From: Candidatus Eiseniibacteriota bacterium
GTDB taxonomy: Bacteria > Eisenbacteria > RBG-16-71-46 > DASYSL01
Assembly: GCA_031431875.1 (NCBI GenBank)
Contig: JANPEF010000139.1
Location: 1-25,065, forward strand
DNA length: 25,065 nt
Direction of reading: 5' to 3'
Shown: positions 15,750-24,496 of the stretch, piece by piece
Layout: each line of letters starts with the position of its first letter
Numbering within the stretch: the stretch's first letter is position 1
Translations under genes and position numbers: made by a program
The notes under the pieces: model-generated
The model's database searches: none
Told to the model about the DNA's origin: nothing
Seen by the model: the letters and a program-made list of their open reading frames with translations, nothing else

Positions 15750-17155
15750 GCGCCCCCGCGGACATCTTCTTCTCGCCGCTGCGCACGATCGGCAAGCAGC
15801 TCCGGGACAAGGCACTCTCGCCCGTCGAACTCACCGAACTCGCGCTGTCGCGCCTCGATGGCCTGGGCCGCGAGCTCAACGCGGTCGCCACGCTGACGCG
15901 CGACCGCGCGCTCGACGAGGCGCGCGCTGCCGAAAAGGAGCTGAAAGCCGGACGGGATCGCGGCCCGCTGCACGGTATCCCCTACGCGGCGAAGGACCTG
16001 TTCGACACCGCCGGCATCACGACGACGTACGGCGCGCGACCGTACGCGGCCCGCGTTCCCGAGCGCGATGCCGCCGTGATCGTGAAGCTCCACGATGCGG
16101 GCGCGATCCTCTGCGCGAAGCTGACCATGGCCGAGCTGGCCGGCGGCCTCGGCTATCACCGCGGCGACGCTTCGCTGCACGGTCCGATGCGCAACCCGTG
16201 GGATCCCGAGCGGTGGACCGGCGGATCGTCCGCCGGCTCGGGCGCGGCCGTCGCGGCGGGGCTCGTCCCCTATGCGCTCGGCACCGAGACGTGGGGCTCG
16301 ATCCTGTGCCCCGCGGCGTTTTGTGGTGTGACGGGACTGCGGCCCACCTTCGGCCGTGTCAGCCGCGCGGGCGCGATGGCGCTGTCGTGGACGCTCGACA
16401 AGATCGGGCCGCTGGCGCGCAGCGTCGAGGACGTGCGCCTGGTGCTCGACGCGACCGCGGGACACGATCCGGAGGATCCGGGCTCGTCGACGCAGCCGCT
16501 CAACTGGGCCGGCTGGACGCGCAGCGCCCGCGGCCTGCGCGCGGCCGTGATCCGCGCCGACTTCGCCGCGAACGGCGAGCCCGAGGTGGGCGCGGCATTT
16601 GACGCGGCGCTCACCACGCTGGCGGGCCTCGGCATCGCGCTCACCGACACGAAGCTGCCCGACCTGCCGTACGAGGCGGCAGCCGTTGTCTCGGTGCAGG
16701 TCGAAGCCGCGGCCGCGTTCGAGTCTCTGTTCACCGACGGGGCGAAGGGCGCGCGCCAGCTCGTCGACGAGCGCGCGTTCGTGCAGGGCGAGGTGGCCAG
16801 GGCGATCAGCGGCGCCGACTACGTGAAGGCGCTACGGCTGCGGCGCGTGATGCAGGAGGAGATGAACCGCTTCTTCGCCGACTTCGACGTGATCGTCTCG
16901 CCGACGTTCCTCAAGGTCGCACCCGGCGTCACCGAGGACTTCGACACCTACTTCTCGGGCGGCGATCCGGTCGGCGCGATGGGCAACGGCTGCGGCCTGC
17001 CGGCACTGGCGTTGCCAATGGGGTTCGGCAAGGGTGGCATGCCCTGCGGATTCCAGGTGATGGCGCCCGCGTTCGAGGAAGCGGCCGCGCTGCGCGTGGG
17101 CCGTGCGTTCCAGGAAGCGACGGGGTTTCACAAGGAGCGACCGAAGGGCGCCTGA
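15746..17155 (+). CDS. Amidase-signature family enzyme, 469 aa
   Basis: GPLHGIPYAAKDLF (catalytic Lys), NPW...GGSSAGS (cis-Ser), GTETWGSILCPAAFCGVTGLRPTFGRVSR (nucleophile Ser). Start at ATG 15746. Confidence 0.95.
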   Translation: MSAPADIFFSPLRTIGKQLRDKALSPVELTELALSRLDGLGRELNAVATLTRDRALDEARAAEKELKAGRDRGPLHGIPYAAKDLFDTAGITTTYGARPYAARVPERDAAVIVKLHDAGAILCAKLTMAELAGGLGYHRGDASLHGPMRNPWDPERWTGGSSAGSGAAVAAGLVPYALGTETWGSILCPAAFCGVTGLRPTFGRVSRAGAMALSWTLDKIGPLARSVEDVRLVLDATAGHDPEDPGSSTQPLNWAGWTRSARGLRAAVIRADFAANGEPEVGAAFDAALTTLAGLGIALTDTKLPDLPYEAAAVVSVQVEAAAAFESLFTDGAKGARQLVDERAFVQGEVARAISGADYVKALRLRRVMQEEMNRFFADFDVIVSPTFLKVAPGVTEDFDTYFSGGDPVGAMGNGCGLPALALPMGFGKGGMPCGFQVMAPAFEEAAALRVGRAFQEATGFHKERPKGA

Positions 17156-17284
17156 GTCGGCACGATGCGTCGTTCACATCTCGGTCACTTCTTTGCTTCC
17201 CACGATCCGCACCCGCAGGTCTTCGACACCCATTTCCCACGCGGGAATGCGGCCGTCGCGCTCCTCCCCTGCGCCGAGCCCAAT

Positions 17285-18826
17285 TCACTTGCCGGCCCGC
17301 ATGGATTGCAGGGACTCGTTGACCCGTGCGACCGATTGTCGTGACAGGGCCCGCGGTTCCCGGATGAGGCGATCCGCAAGCGCCAAGTCCGGATCGATCG
17401 CCTCCGACACGTGGATGCGGTACCAGCCCGTCGTCGCCGCGAGATAACTCCTCGCGCGACCGGGCGGCGTGGGATCGACCGCGAAGCGGAGTTCCACGGA
17501 GTCCGGACTCTCCATGACCAGGGTCTCACCGTCAGTACGATCCAGTTGCGGGCGAACGTCGCGCCCCCGCGAGTCGCGCGCGTCCCTCGGTCCGATCTCT
17601 TTCGTGACGAAGCCACTCTCCGGTTCGAGGTCGATGGCGACTCGGTCGATCAACCAGAGCGAGGGCGCGGTCTCGAGTCGGACGCGCACGGTCTCGCCGC
17701 GCACTGCCGAGAGATCAAGCTGCACGACCTGCCGTTTTGCCAGTTCCGGTCCTGCCCCGGGAAGGAAGCCCTGCTGCCTCCAGCCCGCTCCGTCCCAAAT
17801 TGAGATTTCGAGGGCCACCTCGCGCGCCATGGCGGCCGCAAAGTCGTGAGCCTGCCTGGGGTCCGCAGCGAGGGCGCGGTACCACGCCCCGGTGTCCCTG
17901 CCGCGAAGCTGATTGAACTCGCCCAGGAAATAGTCCGCCCAGGTCGTGTAGCGGCCGTCGATGACCAGACGCGCTTCGGTCGCTCCTGCCGCCCTCGGGA
18001 ATTCGATCTCGAGCCCATCCCGAATGTCCTCCGCATGCGCCGTGTCCCGCCCGGTGGGCACCGACTCCCAGCCCATGGCGTCGTTCTCGCGAATCAGAGG
18101 GAGGATGTCCCGCCGTCGGAAATCCCGGGCCGCGGTCGGCCTGGTCAACGGCCCGAGCGCGTGGAGCACACCGCTTGCGTCCGGTGCGATGGTGCACCGG
18201 GGATCATGGTCGACCGCGAGGAGGCGAATCGCATCGACGTGCTCCGTCTCGTTCGGGAGCCCCGTGACACGCAGCCGCAGGATGCCGTCCTGGGCTCTGG
18301 CAAAGTCGAGATTGTCGACATCCGTGCGGGCAAGCGCCGGCATGATTGCTCCCGCGAAAGTGCCGGAGTCGAGCCTCCACGCCGTCCCATCCCAGCTGTG
18401 AATGCGCGGGCAGTTGGTGACTTCATAGGTGGTCAGATAGAGCACCGCAGCCACCAGGACCACGGAGGCCCCGATGCCGACGACCAGTAACGCGGTCTTG
18501 GGCGCGTTGAAGCGCCAGGCCTCCACCTTCGCGATTCGCGCGATCGGAACCGCCGCGGTGTCGCCGACTGCGTACCCCACGCCAGACTTCCCGACCCAGG
18601 CCTCCGTCCGTCCGTAGAGCGTGTCCCCACCGAACCAGGGATCGTGAAGGGTGAGCACCCCGCCACCCACCAGTTCCGCACGCAATCGCGTGGGATGCTC
18701 TTCACGGGCGGCCGGATCCGTGAGCGTGCTCGTCTGCTTCCAGGACGAGCACGAGACGAAGCAAAGTTGCAGCGCGATGAGGAACACCGTCATCGGCAGG
18801 CGGCAGTGGCCGAGGTTGCGCTTCAT
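17285..18826 (-). CDS. Hypothetical lipoprotein/membrane protein, 513 aa
   Basis: GGAGG then MKRNLGHCRLPMTVFLIALQLCFVSC (lipobox-like). A small beta domain and one TM helix (ALLVVGIGASVVLVAAVLYL) precede a large soluble domain beginning NCPRIHSWDG. Confidence 0.75.
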   Translation of the reverse strand: MKRNLGHCRLPMTVFLIALQLCFVSCSSWKQTSTLTDPAAREEHPTRLRAELVGGGVLTLHDPWFGGDTLYGRTEAWVGKSGVGYAVGDTAAVPIARIAKVEAWRFNAPKTALLVVGIGASVVLVAAVLYLTTYEVTNCPRIHSWDGTAWRLDSGTFAGAIMPALARTDVDNLDFARAQDGILRLRVTGLPNETEHVDAIRLLAVDHDPRCTIAPDASGVLHALGPLTRPTAARDFRRRDILPLIRENDAMGWESVPTGRDTAHAEDIRDGLEIEFPRAAGATEARLVIDGRYTTWADYFLGEFNQLRGRDTGAWYRALAADPRQAHDFAAAMAREVALEISIWDGAGWRQQGFLPGAGPELAKRQVVQLDLSAVRGETVRVRLETAPSLWLIDRVAIDLEPESGFVTKEIGPRDARDSRGRDVRPQLDRTDGETLVMESPDSVELRFAVDPTPPGRARSYLAATTGWYRIHVSEAIDPDLALADRLIREPRALSRQSVARVNESLQSMRAGK

Positions 18827-18876
18827 GATGCCTCCGTCGCTTCGAGGTGGATCCAGCCCCATCGCAGATTTCAGGC

Positions 18877-19414
18877 CTAGCGCAGCCGGCCGACCTGCAG
18901 GGCAACTCCGAGTCCTCCCTGGGGGCCGAGAGAGTTTGCCCACCCGTAAATCCCCAAGCCGGCAACACTCGTCGGCCACCACGCGGCCTGAAGCTCCGCG
19001 GGGATCCCAAACCCCGATGGATTAGTCGTACCGCGGGGGTAATAGGCGTAGCCAAGCCCTGCGCCCGCCGACAAGTGGAGCCGACGTCCCGCCAGGCTGG
19101 CGTAGCTGACGATCACGCCAAAATCACCGGCGTCCCCCCCGAAACACTCCGTGCATGGCTGTCCATCGTCGGACAGGGACACCCGGATGGACCCGACCAT
19201 GTGTGTGCGCTGGTACGAGAGCGCCAGGGCACCTCCACTTCCTCCCGCCGTCGTCGGGCCAAGAGCCGCGGACAGCCAAGCACGCCCATGGAGGTGAGGG
19301 ATTCTCGGCAGAGCGCGCGGCGTCCTGCGCCGACGCGGGCCCCGCGAGCAGAGAAAGGGCGACTCCGAGAGCAATCCTCCGGCCCACCGACGCGAACTCA
19401 GCTCGGGCTTTCAA
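18877..19414 (-). pseudogene. Frameshifted secreted beta-barrel-like protein gene (pseudogene or sequencing error)
   Basis: One frame gives a TTG start and signal peptide (KARAEFASVGRRIALGVALSLLAGPASA-QD). The +1 frame from about 19290 gives alternating beta-strands (AWLSAALG, LHLSAGAGLGYAYY, GLGIYGWAN, GLGVALQVGRLR). Confidence 0.6.
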
Positions 19415-19975
19415 TGGATACCCCCGACGGAAGGAGTGTGCAGGAACAGCGACACGCACCTGGTGAAGTAGGGACGTGCGCGCTGGAACCATCGGCGCCA
19501 TTTGTCTGCCGGCGATCCGCCACTTTGCGGGGCAGGTCTCTCTCCGGAAGGCTCCGCCCGAGGAATCCCTGGTGCGATCGTGGCTGGAGGCCGCTCTTGT
19601 GGGGGGATGGGGCTCGGATGTGCCGTCTGGGGGTGGTCAGCCGCGGGCAATCGACGCGGAGGACTATGTATCCGTGGCGGGTCGGCTCTGCAATGAAAAT
19701 CATTGTGAGGCAAGAATTTGCCCGGACCGGCACGCGCTTCACGCCCGGGACCGGACGCCTGCTCCCCTCACCACTTGCCCGGCGGTCGGGGGCGTACAAT
19801 CATGAGCGGGCCGGCTGGTGATCCGCCGCAAGGGCTCGAATTGCCCGCCTGTTGCGCGCACCACCCGGGTTCGTTCGACCCATTGATGCGTATCCCGAGT
19901 TCTGGATTGCTGGTCACCTTGACGCCCCGCGGGTTCTGGTCGAATGCGGTGCTGCGTGATTTCGCCGGAATCATC

Positions 19976-20003
19976 TTGCCAAGCCCGGATCCAAGCGTAT
20001 TGT
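19976..20003 (+). promoter_or_regulatory. Putative sigma70 promoter of the beta-helix gene
   Basis: TTGCCA-16 nt-TATTGT, about 80 nt upstream of ATG 20082. Confidence 0.4.
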
Positions 20004-20081
20004 TGGTGCCCCCCCACGCGTCCAACCGCAGAGTTCATGACCCCCCCAGCGGACGCGCCGCAGTTTCCAAGGGAGATCACG

Positions 20082-21560
20082 ATGAGGACCCTGCTGCTGC
20101 TTCCGACCGTCGTATGGACCCTGTCGCTCGCCGCGTCCGCCGGCGCGGCAACCTACATCATCAAGCCGGACGGTTCGGGCGACTTCCCGACGATCCAGGC
20201 GGGCATCGTCGCCGCGAGTGCAGGCGACGTGCTCGAGTTGACCGACGGAACCTTCACGGGGAACGGGAACCGGGACATCGATTACCTGGGCAAGGCGATT
20301 GCGATACGGTCACAGAGCGCGAACCCTGCCACATGCATCCTCGACTGCGCTGGGACTCTCGACAGTCCACACCGCGGGGTGTACTTCCATTCTGGCGAGA
20401 CGGCGGCCTCCTTGCTGGAAGGAGTCACGGTCAAGAACGGCTTCACGCCGCCCGACACCCCGCTCCCGACCGGCTCCGGCGGGGCGGGCGTGCTCTGTAC
20501 CGACAACTCCAATCCCACGCTGACGAACTGCGTCTTCCTTCAGAACATCGCCGGTGGAACCGGAGGGGGCATGTTTTGCATCGGGTCTTCACCAACCCTG
20601 GAGCGTTGCACGTTCTCGGGCAATCGGTCGCAGAGTGGCGGTGGGGCGTTGTTCTATGCATCCTCGAACGCCACTCTCGACCGCTGCATCTTCGCAGGAA
20701 ACTCCAGCGGTGGTGCGGGGGGTGGAATGGCATGTGGCTCGTCGTCCCCCACTCTCACGGAATGCACCTTCTCCGCCAATTCGTCGGGTAAGAGCGGCGG
20801 CGCGACCTGGTGCACGACGTCCTCGAACCCCACGTTCTCCGGTTGCCACTTCCTGGGAAACACGGCGGGTGACACCTGGACCGGTGGCGGAATCAGCTGC
20901 GAGAGTGCCTCCTCCCCGAGGGTGGAGGGGTGCACCTTTGACGGCAATCTCGCTGGTTACGGCGGCGGGCTCGCGATTCAGTCGCTCTCGGCTCCGGTCA
21001 TCGCAAACTGTTCGTTCCGGCGCAACCGGGCAGCCCAGATCGGCGGGGGCATCTTCTGCGGGGACACGTCGTCGCCACAGTTGGAGCGGTGCACGCTCTC
21101 CGGGAATTCCGCACAGTCGGGTGGAGGCGTGGGGTGCCTCGGCTCAGCCACCGCACTCGTCACGAACTGCACCCTCTCGGGCAATTCCGCCACGCGCGGG
21201 AGCGGATTCCGAATCTCCGGCACCCTGACCCTGGCAAACACGATCATTGCGTTCGGCCTCCAGGGGGAAGCCATGTTTGGCGCGGGCACCAGCCTGAGCC
21301 TCACCTGCTGCGATCTGTTCGGCAATGCCGGCGGAGATTGGGTTGGTGCCATCGCGCCTCAGCTCGGCGTGGATGGGAATCTCTCCGAGGACCCCCTCTT
21401 CTGCGACCGAAGCAACGAGAACTTCGGGCTTGCTGCAGGCTCCCCCTGCGCCCCCGATCACAACCCGGCGTGTGGCCTGATCGGTGCCTGGCCCGCGGGT
21501 TGTTCCACGCCCGTCCATCCGACGAGCTGGGGCCGCGTGAAGGACAGCTATCGCCAGTAG
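20082..21560 (+). CDS. Secreted right-handed parallel beta-helix repeat protein (pectin-lyase-like/Pmp-like GG..FxxN repeats), 492 aa
   Basis: RBS GGGAG, signal peptide, DGSGDFPTIQAGI, then repeated GGGxxC...SPTLxxCTFSGN units, DPLFC...SPC, and C-terminal TSWGRVKDSYRQ. Confidence 0.92.
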   Translation: MRTLLLLPTVVWTLSLAASAGAATYIIKPDGSGDFPTIQAGIVAASAGDVLELTDGTFTGNGNRDIDYLGKAIAIRSQSANPATCILDCAGTLDSPHRGVYFHSGETAASLLEGVTVKNGFTPPDTPLPTGSGGAGVLCTDNSNPTLTNCVFLQNIAGGTGGGMFCIGSSPTLERCTFSGNRSQSGGGALFYASSNATLDRCIFAGNSSGGAGGGMACGSSSPTLTECTFSANSSGKSGGATWCTTSSNPTFSGCHFLGNTAGDTWTGGGISCESASSPRVEGCTFDGNLAGYGGGLAIQSLSAPVIANCSFRRNRAAQIGGGIFCGDTSSPQLERCTLSGNSAQSGGGVGCLGSATALVTNCTLSGNSATRGSGFRISGTLTLANTIIAFGLQGEAMFGAGTSLSLTCCDLFGNAGGDWVGAIAPQLGVDGNLSEDPLFCDRSNENFGLAAGSPCAPDHNPACGLIGAWPAGCSTPVHPTSWGRVKDSYRQ

Positions 21561-21569
21561 GCCGGAAAC

Positions 21570-21818
21570 GTGATCCTCGGGAACGACGAGATCACGAACG
21601 AGGGCACCACGGACGACGAGGACAACATCATCGTCGGGCTCTACATGGATGAGGCGGTGGGCGGCTCGCAGCCGTCGTGCGACGGGGCCTTCGAATCGGA
21701 CGACGACAACGCGTTCTTCGACCGGTCGCTGGGCCTGAACCTCGTCTACACGTGGGATGGATCCGGCTACGGCGTGGACGTGCCGGGACGGTGCGAACCC
21801 ACCGGCGACCTCGGCTGA
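21570..21818 (+). pseudogene. Probable internal fragment of a larger secreted protein gene
   Basis: EITNEGTTDDEDNIIVGLYMDEAVGG...DDDNAFFDRSLGLNLVYTWD has high-GC3 codons and reads like an extracellular domain interior. It has no RBS and no signal peptide. Confidence 0.45.
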
Positions 21819-21889
21819 GCATGCCTCGAGACTCCGGGCAACGCGTGGAACTAGCACGCTGACTCTCGCGCGGGTACAAGCAGCTCCTC

Positions 21890-22200
21890 GACGCGCCCAT
21901 TCCACCAGCTCGATCCCGTCACCCACCCGCACGTCGCCCTCCTCCGCCACGCTCGCGTAGATCCCCACCTGTGTGTTTCGTCTCGCGCACCAGCGTGCGC
22001 ATGATCTGCGGGTCCTTGGGCAGGCCGTCGCCCTCGAGCGTGACCATGACGCAGCCAGGTCGGGCTCGGGCTCGCCCGGCAGGACCCCATCAACGCGCGG
22101 ACGGTCTCCGCCGACTCCCCCGCCGAGGTGATGCGCGGGGCGGCCTCGCTTCCCGCGGGCCCCAGCGCACGCAAGGAGACCTCCCGCCCGGCGAGCACGC
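21890..22200 (-). pseudogene. MOSC-domain gene relic (frameshifts plus internal deletion)
   Basis: Pieces in different frames: LAGREVSLRALGP...VRALMG / LPGEPEPDL / GCVMVTLEGDGLPKDPQIMRTLVRET / VGIYASVAEEGDVRVGDGIELVE. The last two match the MOSC C-terminal pattern C(V)MxT...G(V/I)YAxVxxxGxVRVGD. Confidence 0.7.
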
Positions 22201-22302
22201 TGCAGAGAACACTATGGCGGAAGGGGATCAACTCCTGCTGCCGGACGGATGACGGAGTTGACCCAACTCGAACTCACGGGGTCCACGATGCGTGATCCGC
22301 GT

Positions 22303-22330
22303 TTGACCTGCCCCGACCGGGTGCTATCGT
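22303..22330 (+). promoter_or_regulatory. Putative sigma70 promoter of the metalloprotease gene
   Basis: TTGACC-16 nt-TATCGT with TG extended -10, about 75 nt upstream of ATG 22405. Confidence 0.55.
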
Positions 22331-22404
22331 CCAGCGTCTGGTCCTCATCGAATCGCATTCGAGCCAGAAATCGAGTTGCTCCGACCCCCCTGCAGGAGAA
22401 CTGC

Positions 22405-24474
22405 ATGCCCCCCCGCACGCAGCGTCGTTCAATCCATTCCTTGCTCCTGCCGCTCGTCGCCTTCTCGATCGCCATCGCCGGAACAAGCTGGAGCACCATC
22501 GCCGCGGCGCAGGAGCCTTCGCGCATCCCCCCGCGGGCCGTGAACGGACAGGCGGCGATCGATGCGCTCGGCGCCCGCCTGGCCGAGGTCGCCGCCGCCC
22601 ATGACCTGACCCCCGCGAGGCTTCGCGATCTCCTGACGCGAGACCGGACGCTCTTTCTCACCGAAGACGCGCAGCTGCTGTACGTCGATACGGGCCTCTC
22701 CGGCGCTCCCGCTCCCCCATCGTCCTTGATCGATCCGCGGGACGATGCCGGCACGCTTGCGTCTCCCGAGTCGACCTTCGTCCTGCACAGCCGACCGGGC
22801 GCGGCGCACACGATCTATCTCGACTTCGACGGTCACGTCACGCAGAGCACGCGGTGGAACACGCAGTACGGGATGGCGACCATCGCGAGCCCGCCGTTCG
22901 ACATCGATGGCAATCCGTCGAGCTTCACGAACGCCGAGCTGACCATGATCCAGCAGGCGTGGGATGGAGTGGCGGAGGACTTCCGGCCCTTCGACGTCGA
23001 CGTGACGACCGAGGATCCCGGAGTCGAGGCGTTGCGGCGGCTGGGAGCCGGCGACACGACATGGGGCATCCGGGTGGTGCTCACCGACGATTTCACCGGC
23101 GGCGCCTGTCAGTGTGGCGGAATGGCCTTCCTGGGCTACTTCAGCGCCGATTCGGACACGCCCGTGTTCGTGTTCAACCAGACCACCCTGGCGGACATCA
23201 TCGACGCGGCCTCGCACGAGGTCGGGCACTCGATGAAGCTTCACCATGACGGTGCGGGCGCGCAGGAATACTACGCAGGTCACGGCGTTCCCGATGGAAC
23301 CTCGTGGGGAACCATCATGGGTGGGACCTATCAGCGGCTCGTGACCCAGTGGAGCAAGGGCGACTATTCCGGCGCGACCAACATCGAGGACGATCTGTCC
23401 ATCATCATCACCTTCAACGGATTCGGCTTCCGCCCCGACGACCATGCCGACAACTCCACGGACGCGACGTCCCTGACGGTCACGGATGCAGGCAATGGAA
23501 GGCTGGCGGCGAGCGGATCCGGCGTCATCGGGGGGCCATCCGGGGACCTCGACGACTTCACGTTCGTGAGCGGCCCGGGCCAGATCAACTTCACGCTCCG
23601 CTCCGATCCGCCGTCCACCGGGTACTACGCCGTGCATCGCCCGAACCTGAACGTGGACGCCCGGCTGTACGCTGCCAACGGGACGTTGCTCGCGTCTGCC
23701 ATCGGCGTGCAGACGGTTCCGCTTTCCGCCACGGTGCCGGGAGGCCGCTACTTTCTCGCAGTCAGCGGGACCGGGGCGGGTTACCCGTTCACTCCCCCGC
23801 CTTCGGGATACAGCCGCTACGGCAGTCTCGGTTCCTACGACATCGCCGGCACCTTCCCGAGCACGCCCTGCCCCGCCATCCTGAGCGTGGACCCCATGAT
23901 CGGTCCGGCCGGGTCAAAGGTCACCATCACCGGCAGCAACCTCACCTGGGTTCGTGCGGTGACGTTCAGCGACAGCGTCGTGGCCCTGTTCAAACTCGAG
24001 AGTCCCACGAAGATCACCGCCACGATTCCCTCCGGAGCCGTCAGCGGCCCGGTGACCCTGAGAGCCGATCCGTACTGCCCGGGCGTCGCGACCAAGCCCG
24101 TGACGATCTGCGCCGGCGCGGCCGAACTCGCCACGGGGGACGATGTCGGGCTGGAGTCCTGCCTCAGCGTGGTCTCGGTGGGTGACCCCGCGACGGAGGG
24201 TGTGAACCTGCGGATCGCGCCGAATCCGACGGTGCAGGAGTCCACGATCAGCTTTGCATTGCCCCGGGCAGGCATCACAAGTGTCCGCATCCTCGACCCC
24301 GCGGGACGACTGGTCCGCCAGTTGCAGGGCGGCTGGACTCCGACCGGACCGCAGCGACTGCGCTGGGACGGCCGCGACCAGAGCGGAGCCCGAGTGAACT
24401 CCGGTGTCTACTTCGTTGCCGTGGATGGAGCGGGGGGCATCCGGGAGCGAGGCACGCTGGTGATCCTGCGCTAG
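22405..24474 (+). CDS. Secreted metzincin-like zinc metalloprotease with PPC-like, IPT/TIG and FlgD-Ig/T9SS-like domains, 689 aa
   Basis: RBS AGGAG and signal peptide; LHSRPGAAHTIYLDFDG, EDFRPFDVDVTT, HEVGHSMKLHHD and Met-turn TIMG. IPT pattern PMIGPAGSKVTITGSNL...ITATIPSGAVSGPV. Tail IAPNP...DPAGRLVR...WDGRDQSGARVNSGVYFV. Confidence 0.9.
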   Translation: MPPRTQRRSIHSLLLPLVAFSIAIAGTSWSTIAAAQEPSRIPPRAVNGQAAIDALGARLAEVAAAHDLTPARLRDLLTRDRTLFLTEDAQLLYVDTGLSGAPAPPSSLIDPRDDAGTLASPESTFVLHSRPGAAHTIYLDFDGHVTQSTRWNTQYGMATIASPPFDIDGNPSSFTNAELTMIQQAWDGVAEDFRPFDVDVTTEDPGVEALRRLGAGDTTWGIRVVLTDDFTGGACQCGGMAFLGYFSADSDTPVFVFNQTTLADIIDAASHEVGHSMKLHHDGAGAQEYYAGHGVPDGTSWGTIMGGTYQRLVTQWSKGDYSGATNIEDDLSIIITFNGFGFRPDDHADNSTDATSLTVTDAGNGRLAASGSGVIGGPSGDLDDFTFVSGPGQINFTLRSDPPSTGYYAVHRPNLNVDARLYAANGTLLASAIGVQTVPLSATVPGGRYFLAVSGTGAGYPFTPPPSGYSRYGSLGSYDIAGTFPSTPCPAILSVDPMIGPAGSKVTITGSNLTWVRAVTFSDSVVALFKLESPTKITATIPSGAVSGPVTLRADPYCPGVATKPVTICAGAAELATGDDVGLESCLSVVSVGDPATEGVNLRIAPNPTVQESTISFALPRAGITSVRILDPAGRLVRQLQGGWTPTGPQRLRWDGRDQSGARVNSGVYFVAVDGAGGIRERGTLVILR

Positions 24475-24496
24475 GTGTGGACTCCGACCGTGTTGG

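Noticed and set aside
15746..17155. Calling the amidase gatA
   Set aside because: No gatB is adjacent, the partner gene has a Tat signal, and the ETWGSILCP motif differs from the GatA DTGGSIRQP.
19768..20025. 85-aa minus-strand ORF with somewhat protein-like composition
   Set aside because: No clear RBS, no recognisable motif, and it overlaps the predicted promoter of the beta-helix gene; unsupported without a search.
20480..21230. Repeated sequence units as a possible CRISPR or tandem DNA repeat
   Set aside because: They are degenerate protein-level beta-helix repeats inside a CDS, with no identical direct repeats separated by spacers.
21144..21968. 274-aa minus-strand ORF
   Set aside because: Only its first ~23 codons are meaningful (the MOSC relic end); the rest is antisense to the beta-helix gene and the adjacent fragment.
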